The notes below the pieces were generated by a model, which made no database searches, had not been told where the DNA came from, and saw nothing but the letters and a program-made list of their open reading frames with translations. The position numbers were made by a program, and so were the translations under genes. Shown one piece after another: positions 57,688 to 64,000 of a DNA stretch of 64,000 nt; position 1 is the first letter of the stretch; the number at the start of each line of letters is the position of its first letter. The DNA lies in assembly GCA_964502815.1 (NCBI GenBank), contig CAZCXV010000001.1, positions 71,907-135,906 of the forward strand, written 5' to 3'. This DNA is from an uncultured Gammaproteobacteria bacterium. Its GTDB lineage: Bacteria; Patescibacteriota; Microgenomatia; UBA8517.

Positions 57688-58584
57688 TTAACTAAATTTA
57701 GCAAAAATTGCTTCGTCTGAAATAGTTGCGTCTTTTTTCTCTCTTCTTCTAAGTTTTGACACTAAGCCAAATTTTAGAAGAGCGAGAAGAAAAATCCTCG
57801 CGTAACCTGGATGTCTTAATATTCTTTTTAGAAGTCCCTGAATATGTTTTCTAAATATTCGTTGGCTGGTTATGTTTTTCCAAATCGTTAGAAGCTCGTT
57901 TCTTTGCCTAATTGAAAGGACATAGCTTGTTTTAAGTTTCGAAATAACTGCTTCATGTTCATGGACTACTTTTGCATTTGGCTCCCACAAAAGCTTGTAG
58001 CCTCTTTTTTGAGCTCTATATGAAAGATCAACATCTTCCCAGTAAAAAGGCGACAGCAGTTTTTCATCTAACCCCCCAAGTTTCATCCAAATGCTTCTTT
58101 TAAAAACCCCGCTTCCTCCACTTATCCAAAAGGAATTAGTTGCCTTGTCTGTTTCCTTGCCTGGAATGAAATTAATAAAACCCCCTTTAAAACTGGCTCC
58201 AGCTGGACCAAAGCCTTTTTCGTGCAAAGAAACACCAAACACTTTTTCATTGCCAAAATGTGGCAAAACAAATTGCAGGAAATCTTCTGTCACCGAAACG
58301 TCGGTATTAAGAAGACACAAAAGCTCGCTCTTGGCAGCTCTAGCACCAGTATTGACTGTTGCAGAAAAGCCTCTGTTTTTAGTGTGCTTGATGAGCCTAA
58401 TTTTGTCTTTAAAGTTTTTAAGCAAAAAATCGAGCGAATTGTCTGTTGATTTATCATCAATAATAATTATTTCCTGAATATTATTTTTTTTGTTTTCCAA
58501 AGCTTTAACTACCGATAGCAGATGTTTTGGCATAATACTCTCGCCGTTAAAATTTGGGATAATTATTGACACCGAGTTAATCAT
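57688..58584 (-). CDS. GT2 family glycosyltransferase
   Basis: Motifs VSIIIPNFNGES, IIDDKSTDNS and LLNTDVSV. 298 aa. Confidence 0.6.
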   Translation of the reverse strand: MINSVSIIIPNFNGESIMPKHLLSVVKALENKKNNIQEIIIIDDKSTDNSLDFLLKNFKDKIRLIKHTKNRGFSATVNTGARAAKSELLCLLNTDVSVTEDFLQFVLPHFGNEKVFGVSLHEKGFGPAGASFKGGFINFIPGKETDKATNSFWISGGSGVFKRSIWMKLGGLDEKLLSPFYWEDVDLSYRAQKRGYKLLWEPNAKVVHEHEAVISKLKTSYVLSIRQRNELLTIWKNITSQRIFRKHIQGLLKRILRHPGYARIFLLALLKFGLVSKLRRREKKDATISDEAIFAKFS

Positions 58585-59246
58585 ATTTTTCTGGCCTTCA
58601 CTATGTTTAGCATACCCAAGATAAACTTATCGTCTCTTTCAACTTTTAAGCCCGACTTTGCAACCACCTTGGCTAAAGGGTTTTCTTTTGAAAAAGACTG
58701 AACATGACAGTCTTTCCAAATTCTAGCCCACCAAAACTTTGTTACAAAGCCCCAAATAATTGAGAACAATAAATTGTCAGAAGGTACTAAAAAAATTGCA
58801 TAACCACCTTTTTTCAAGACTCTTTTTACTTCTCTAAAAACAATTAAGGGCTCAAAAACATGTTCTAAAACTTCCAGGGCAAAAACAGCATCAAATGAAT
58901 TGGCTGGAAAATCCAATTCATGAGCGTCGCCCGTCTTAAATTGCATTTTTTTGTTTTTCTGCCAGTGATTATTGGCCCAGGAGACAGAAGATTTCAAGAC
59001 ATCAATACCAATCAAGCTTTTGGCCTTAGTTCTGTCTAAAATAACTTTACTAAAAACTCCATCTGCAGAACCAATATCCAAAACCTTCCCACTTTTAGTT
59101 ACCTCAATCAATTCTCCAACTTTCTTGAATCGTCTTTGATGCCAATATCTTTGCAAAATATTTCTTTTGATTGAAGCATAATACCAATCAGGCGGAACAT
59201 TTTCATGCAGCTGGCTTGCATTTCTGGTAGTTTTACTATTTGCCAT
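58581..59246 (-). CDS. class I SAM-dependent methyltransferase
   Basis: Motif I VLDIGSADGVFSKVIL. Downstream …ALEVLEHV…. 221 aa. Confidence 0.55.
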   Translation of the reverse strand: MANSKTTRNASQLHENVPPDWYYASIKRNILQRYWHQRRFKKVGELIEVTKSGKVLDIGSADGVFSKVILDRTKAKSLIGIDVLKSSVSWANNHWQKNKKMQFKTGDAHELDFPANSFDAVFALEVLEHVFEPLIVFREVKRVLKKGGYAIFLVPSDNLLFSIIWGFVTKFWWARIWKDCHVQSFSKENPLAKVVAKSGLKVERDDKFILGMLNIVKARKI

Positions 59247-59248
59247 CT

Positions 59249-60790
59249 TTAGTTTCTTTGTCTGTATTGAATAATTAGTTCTCCCCAGTTTTTCTCCTCA
59301 ATTAACTTGGAGTGAACATTTTCTTCTCCAACAGTTAAGCCTAGGTATTGTACTGGAATGCCCCCCATAGGTTCCAGTATCAAAAAGTATTTTTCAGTCG
59401 AGTCTTTTGTCTTTGCTAGTCCCCCAAGCTGACCTATTTGATCTCTGCCGTGCCACTCGGGCAGATAATCATATTTCTCTTGACCGTGCCATTTATACAA
59501 AAAATCCCAAACAATATTAACCCATAGTGGACTAGTCAAAGAGTTAATACTAAAAGATTCGCCTCCCGCCTTTTCATATGTGTAATCAACAGCATCTAAT
59601 TGCTTAGAGAGAAGCATATCTTTTTGGATGGCAAACAAAGTACTACCTCGGGAGTTTTCGCGAAGAATTAGAGATAAATTGCCAAAGATTAAAATAAGGA
59701 TAACTGCAATTGATACCAGTTTATATCTACTCCACCAGTTAGAAAGATAAATACCTAAAAGAATAGAAACGGCAGGACCTATGCCAACCATTAAAAATGG
59801 CGTACTCACCCCACCAACGGTCACGACCGTCAAGTGACTGAAAAGCCAGGTTGCCAAAAACGGCTGCCAAGAAACTAACTGGAGTTTCTCCTTTTTTCTA
59901 TCTTTGCTCCAACTAACTAAGCCAACAAGAATAAGGATAATTACAAATCCACCGCCATAGCCAATATTTCCAGGATAGCTATTAAAGGCAAAAATTCTAC
60001 CTACTTGGTTAAGGTATAAAGTAAGATAGTCGCCAAGAGATTTTGCATAGGCAAGATTTGTGTCACTGGAAACAACAAGTCCCTTCAAGCCTTCAATTCC
60101 TTTAAAGCCAAATTTAATTTCATTTAGGATCATTGTTGAAACTGAAATGAGCAATGTGAAGAGAAAGACAGAAATTTGCTTTCTGGAAATATTTTTTCTG
60201 GCAACATATGTCCAAATAGCAACTGGCACCATATGGTAAGCAAGAAAAATCTCTGACTGAATAGAAAGACCAAGACCAAGAGCGCAGAGAATTGACCCGA
60301 GGAGTTTTTTCTTTGAATCAGTTGACCAAAGCCAAAGACCTAAATACATTAAGGGGACTGTAAATACCGCTGGTGTTGGATTAGATAACCAAGTGGCATA
60401 TTGGCTTGCCTCAAAAGAGATAGCAAACAAAAAAGATGCCAAAAGCGCAGTCCAAACTTTTTTAGTCATCAAGTAAGCAAGCGCAAATATTAGTAAGACA
60501 GTTGCAGTATTTACAAAAGCTATCCAATAAGCTGCAACAATTGGACTACCTTTACCGACTAAATAGGCTGGAGCTAATAGATAATAATAAAATACGCCGT
60601 GATACAGCCCCGGCTGAGAAGCAGGTGGGCCTTGTATTTTTAGATCTCCGCCAAGAATTTGTCCGGTAATCGTTGCATCTCTTGCCTGGTCGTAGCCAAA
60701 AGTCAGTGCATTTTGGGGTAAAAACATAACCCTTAATAAATACGCCAGAATAAAAACGAAAAAAAGACCCAACCAGGCCAACCTAGTCAT
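59249..60790 (-). CDS. polytopic membrane protein, possible GT-C superfamily member
   Basis: 513 aa, about 12 TM helices. N-terminal loop …TFGYDQARDA… and a C-terminal soluble tail. No confident family match. Confidence 0.25.
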   Translation of the reverse strand: MTRLAWLGLFFVFILAYLLRVMFLPQNALTFGYDQARDATITGQILGGDLKIQGPPASQPGLYHGVFYYYLLAPAYLVGKGSPIVAAYWIAFVNTATVLLIFALAYLMTKKVWTALLASFLFAISFEASQYATWLSNPTPAVFTVPLMYLGLWLWSTDSKKKLLGSILCALGLGLSIQSEIFLAYHMVPVAIWTYVARKNISRKQISVFLFTLLISVSTMILNEIKFGFKGIEGLKGLVVSSDTNLAYAKSLGDYLTLYLNQVGRIFAFNSYPGNIGYGGGFVIILILVGLVSWSKDRKKEKLQLVSWQPFLATWLFSHLTVVTVGGVSTPFLMVGIGPAVSILLGIYLSNWWSRYKLVSIAVILILIFGNLSLILRENSRGSTLFAIQKDMLLSKQLDAVDYTYEKAGGESFSINSLTSPLWVNIVWDFLYKWHGQEKYDYLPEWHGRDQIGQLGGLAKTKDSTEKYFLILEPMGGIPVQYLGLTVGEENVHSKLIEEKNWGELIIQYRQRN

Positions 60791-63155
60791 ATAGCCAAGT
60801 ATACCCCAAAGCTAACAGCAAAATCAGCACTGAAAATAGACTAATTTTTAATCCCAGATAAAAAGAATTTGGTTGATATACAAATCTGACTATATGTTTT
60901 CCTGGGGGAATGACAACTGCCCTGTAATTATAATTTGCCTTATAGATTTCTGTTTCTTTGTCATCAACAAATGCTTGCCAATCAGGATAAAATGCTTCAG
61001 ACACAAATAATAGCCCCGCTTTTTCAGTTTCAACATTGAGAATACTTCTCTGAGGGGAATAATTTAGATATTCTACTGTTGATTTTGCAAACCGGAAATC
61101 CTTTGCTAGTTCGAGATCTTTTTCCAAAACTATCTTTTTGGAATAGGGATAGTTTACCTGAAGCAACTTTTCTAAAGCTTTCTTTCCATCCGATTCTATT
61201 TCCCAATCGTAAACCATAAAAGCCCTATTAAGAGCAGTTGTACTTTCTAAAACTGCAACGCTTTTGTCCTCAAAGGCAATATTAAATCTTTTAGTATCAA
61301 ACCTTTCAGGGATTTTTCCCTCAGGAGATGGTTTGCCACTAGAATCTTCTTTTAAAACTAAATAGTATTTGGTATTTACCAAATCAAGAAGTGGTGAGAC
61401 ATCATTATCTACTATGCCATATCTACCAACCGGATGAGACTCGGCAGTTCCACTATTGATAGCTGAAACAAATCTAGAAATACCCAGAGGATGAAAAGTA
61501 TCATAACCCTCTACCGTCTCCAAACCATATGCCATCCTGATATTTGAAGGAATTACTTTTGCCCCTGTTGTCCTAAAAGGTTTTTCTTGTGCCATCAAAA
61601 ATGAAATAACCGGAGTTTGTGGATAGATAAAGTCCCTTGGCGAGAATGGCGTGAACTTAAATGCAAAATAGAAAAGCTCCAAAATACAAAGGCCGATCAA
61701 CAATATTTTCAACCGTGTCAAAAACATAATTACAAAAAAAGACAAAACCAAGACACCAAAAGGCAAAAGCAAATTCCTGGCTGCGGTCCTAAAAACATCA
61801 ATTCCTCCGTGAGTAATAATTCCTTTTAAGCTAAAGGCATAAACTCCGAAGCCAACTAGCAATAAAAGAAGAACAGCAACAACCAAGATTTTGTATTTGT
61901 TTTTTATTTTTGCCTCAAGAACATCAAAACCGAAACCAGCCAACAGAGCACCAGCTGCAGTAAATAGTATAGTTGCCCGATGTGCAGAGTTTGCCTTCAT
62001 GCCAAGAATATCATTGGACCAAATAAACGTTGATAATGGAGTTGGAAAAGACAACAACAGGGAAACTACCATTAACAGAAAACTAAAGAATATTTCTTTT
62101 TTCATCTTTATTTTCACCAGAGAAACCATTGACAAAATAAAAGCTACAACGCCAATATAACCAGTATTTGAGGTGTAGTCTTGTGGCCCCCAATAATTTC
62201 TTGTCGAGTGATTACCAAAGAAGTCTGAAGAAATGAATGTAATAACCTTTTGCCAAGGCAGGAATGCCCAAGCAAAAGGATGGGGTTCAAAACTTCTTTG
62301 GGAATTTTTGATAAGTTCTAAAGAAGGTAATATTTGAACAGCAGAAAGTCCTAGAGAAAATAGACAAAATACTGCTAATAAAGCTGTTTTTGAAATTATT
62401 TGTTTATCTTTCCAAACTCTCACCAGCCACAAAAGTCCCATGGCAACAGCGGCATAAACACTGGTTTGGGTATAGCCAGAAAAAAATTGTAATGCCAAAA
62501 AGACAGACAACAATACTCCGTCAGAAAATTTCTTTTTTGTCAAAAGTCTGTCTTCAAACAATAAAACCAAAGGAATAAAGGCAGAAGCTAGAGTATGACC
62601 ATTCCACTGAGAAAAAATAATATTGTAGCCGGAAAAAGCAAAGACAATTCCTCCAAGAATTGCTCCAAGTTTTGATACTTTCCAATACCTTAAAAGAAAA
62701 TAGGTAAATGCTGCAGCCAATAGATGCTGCAATATTATCTGCATGCTCCAAGCAGTTGTTTTATCGAAAAGAAAGTACAAAAAACTGGTAGGTGAAAAGG
62801 GAGCTGACTGAAAATTGGCTAAAAGCGGCGAACCAGTCAAAATATAGGGATTCCACAAAGGCCAAATTCCTTGTTTGAAAAGTTCCATTGCAAATGTCTG
62901 CATTGGATAGGTATAAGAAACAACATCTGTAGTAATAGGGTTTTTTACAGGAACACCGGCAACATATCCCCATTTGTAGTCAAGCCAGGGGTAATAAACA
63001 CCAACAATAAAATCTCCAGGCAAAGGAACTTGGTTTTTTAAGATTACTTTCCAAAAGAAAGACAGGACTATTAAAATAAGTACAAAGATTGGAAGTAGAA
63101 ACTTAAAGAAGCGCGAGTAGTTCTTTTTCAAATCTTGCATAGCTAAATTTATCAC
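60783..63155 (-). CDS. YfhO-family membrane glycosyltransferase (GT-C-like)
   Basis: 790 aa polytopic protein. N-terminal …GDFIVGVYYPWLDYKWGYVAGVPVKNP…FAMELFKQGIWPLWNPYILTGSPLLANFQSAPFSP… resembles the conserved YfhO N-terminal region. Recognition is from memory, so moderate. Confidence 0.45.
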   Translation of the reverse strand: MINLAMQDLKKNYSRFFKFLLPIFVLILIVLSFFWKVILKNQVPLPGDFIVGVYYPWLDYKWGYVAGVPVKNPITTDVVSYTYPMQTFAMELFKQGIWPLWNPYILTGSPLLANFQSAPFSPTSFLYFLFDKTTAWSMQIILQHLLAAAFTYFLLRYWKVSKLGAILGGIVFAFSGYNIIFSQWNGHTLASAFIPLVLLFEDRLLTKKKFSDGVLLSVFLALQFFSGYTQTSVYAAVAMGLLWLVRVWKDKQIISKTALLAVFCLFSLGLSAVQILPSLELIKNSQRSFEPHPFAWAFLPWQKVITFISSDFFGNHSTRNYWGPQDYTSNTGYIGVVAFILSMVSLVKIKMKKEIFFSFLLMVVSLLLSFPTPLSTFIWSNDILGMKANSAHRATILFTAAGALLAGFGFDVLEAKIKNKYKILVVAVLLLLLVGFGVYAFSLKGIITHGGIDVFRTAARNLLLPFGVLVLSFFVIMFLTRLKILLIGLCILELFYFAFKFTPFSPRDFIYPQTPVISFLMAQEKPFRTTGAKVIPSNIRMAYGLETVEGYDTFHPLGISRFVSAINSGTAESHPVGRYGIVDNDVSPLLDLVNTKYYLVLKEDSSGKPSPEGKIPERFDTKRFNIAFEDKSVAVLESTTALNRAFMVYDWEIESDGKKALEKLLQVNYPYSKKIVLEKDLELAKDFRFAKSTVEYLNYSPQRSILNVETEKAGLLFVSEAFYPDWQAFVDDKETEIYKANYNYRAVVIPPGKHIVRFVYQPNSFYLGLKISLFSVLILLLALGYTWLYD

Positions 63156-64000
63156 TTTCTTGTCTTACCTGCCTGGCAAGATCACGCATTTTTTTGTTAT
63201 CTGCTAATAGTTTCTCAGTTAATTGGGTCAATTCTCCTTCTTTTTGCCAAAGAAATCCTGAGTAATTATTTTTGACAATCTCCTTGTGACCACCTGCTGT
63301 ATAAACCAGAGGGATACAACCTGCTGCCATTGCTTCAACTAAAGAAATGCCAAAGTGCTCAACTTGCTTTGGATTTCTGTGTTCGTCAACGCCGAAGCCA
63401 GCTGCAGACCAAAAAAAAATAGAACTGCCTACTAAGCTTTTCAAGTCTTTAAAACTTGGACTTTCAATTATTTTAATAGGATAAGTTTTGGCAGCTTCCT
63501 TCAATTTGGTAAGAAAATCTCCCGCACCAACCTCTACTCCACCAGCAAGAATTAGTTTCCAATCAATATGACCATTGTCATGAAACCTTTTAAAAGCTTC
63601 AATTAAGATATCTTGTCTTTTTGACTGAGTTAGTTGGGAAAACCTACCGACATAAATTATTTGGTTTTCCTTTTTCAAAGCTTTAAATTTGGCTACATCA
63701 ACAGGAGGATATAGGACAACACTATCAATGTTGTATTCTTCATCAACTATTTTCTTGGTGAAGTTTGAATTGCAAATAATTTTGTTTATCCTAAAAAACT
63801 TCATTTTATTGAGGAGAGTATTACCATTGACATCGTTAAATGGAAATTGAAAGTGTAGAAAGTTTTTGCGAGCTTTTAAAGTTGGCACACTGCCATCAGA
63901 CACCCAAAACATCAGATCATAGCCATCTCCTCTTTTAGTATCAGGAACAATATTAATATTAGAAAGATTCAAACCAAATCTATCCTCAAGCTTCTTTTTG
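63103..64000 (-). CDS. GT4 family glycosyltransferase (GT-B), 5'-partial (N-terminus beyond window end)
   Basis: C-terminal GT4 motif …GISLVEAMAAGCIPLVYTAGGHKEIV…. The frame stays open upstream of the listed ATG to the window edge (…KKKLEDRFGLNLSN…), so the gene likely continues past nt 64000. Confidence 0.5.
   Translation of the reverse strand, partial: KKKLEDRFGLNLSNINIVPDTKRGDGYDLMFWVSDGSVPTLKARKNFLHFQFPFNDVNGNTLLNKMKFFRINKIICNSNFTKKIVDEEYNIDSVVLYPPVDVAKFKALKKENQIIYVGRFSQLTQSKRQDILIEAFKRFHDNGHIDWKLILAGGVEVGAGDFLTKLKEAAKTYPIKIIESPSFKDLKSLVGSSIFFWSAAGFGVDEHRNPKQVEHFGISLVEAMAAGCIPLVYTAGGHKEIVKNNYSGFLWQKEGELTQLTEKLLADNKKMRDLARQVRQESDKFSYARFEKELLALL

Noticed and set aside
1-64000. Searched for CRISPR repeats, tRNA/rRNA genes, transposases, integrases, phage genes, toxin-antitoxin pairs and a diversity-generating retroelement (reverse transcriptase plus template repeat).
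   Set aside because: No regularly spaced direct repeats. No clover-leaf-like GC-rich segments. No ORF with transposase, integrase or RT signatures. Essentially all coding capacity is explained by glycan-biosynthesis genes.
1-64000. Alternative genetic code, with UGA read as Gly as in Gracilibacteria/Absconditabacteria.
   Set aside because: Long ORFs are intact and tightly packed under the standard code, and stops are predominantly TAA. Recoding of UGA would not be required to explain any gene.

Overview
The window is a very AT-rich (about one-third GC by eye), gene-dense stretch of 57 CDSs. All ORFs are intact under the standard genetic code, with no UGA recoding. Intergenic space is minimal and many adjacent genes show ATGA/TAATG start-stop overlaps. 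I found no rRNA, tRNA, CRISPR array, transposase or integrase.

The window is an extraordinarily dense cell-surface glycosylation island. About 33 of 57 genes are glycosyltransferases:
- 12 GT2 genes. At least three are GtrB/ArnC/DPM1-like polyprenyl-phosphate sugar synthases with C-terminal TM helices.
- 4 GT4 genes.
- About 17 multi-pass GT-C-like membrane proteins.

The centrepiece is seven paralogous PMT/ArnT-like (GT39/GT83, PMT_2-type) GT-C genes. They share an N-terminal loop-1 DE motif (…DEA.GY.AYS(I/L)LKTGKDE…) and an SPWH(I)HFSRG loop motif. Five of them lie in one translationally coupled minus-strand array (40138-50084), interrupted only by 45197-46828, a GT-C-like gene of a different family. 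Two more sit at 53482-56884. Two of the seven are each directly preceded by a paralogous small membrane protein that carries a shared NYFF-G-PR motif.

Other GT-C families present:
- A paralog pair with C-terminal discoidin-like domains.
- A second, unrelated paralog pair.
- An 800-aa GT-C-like protein with a discoidin-like domain.
- A PIG-V-like mannosyltransferase.
- A YfhO-family protein.

Sugar-modifying genes are interleaved:
- A PglF/CapD-type NDP-sugar 4,6-dehydratase and a DegT aminotransferase.
- A sugar N-formyltransferase next to a GT2.
- A PAPS-type sulfotransferase with recognisable 5'-PSB and 3'-PB motifs.
- Five class-I SAM methyltransferases.
- A YdjC/HpnK-type deacetylase.
- Two membrane-anchored SGNH hydrolases.
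- An SDR reductase and a GalU-like UDP-glucose pyrophosphorylase.
- An unusual NAD-epimerase and TIM-barrel isomerase fusion.

A Wzx-like flippase is also present.

The composition, coupling and paralog expansions are most consistent with a reduced-genome, AT-rich bacterium, possibly CPR/Patescibacteria-like. That lineage assignment is inference only. The organism appears to elaborate and diversify envelope glycans or protein glycosylation through lipid-linked sugar donors.
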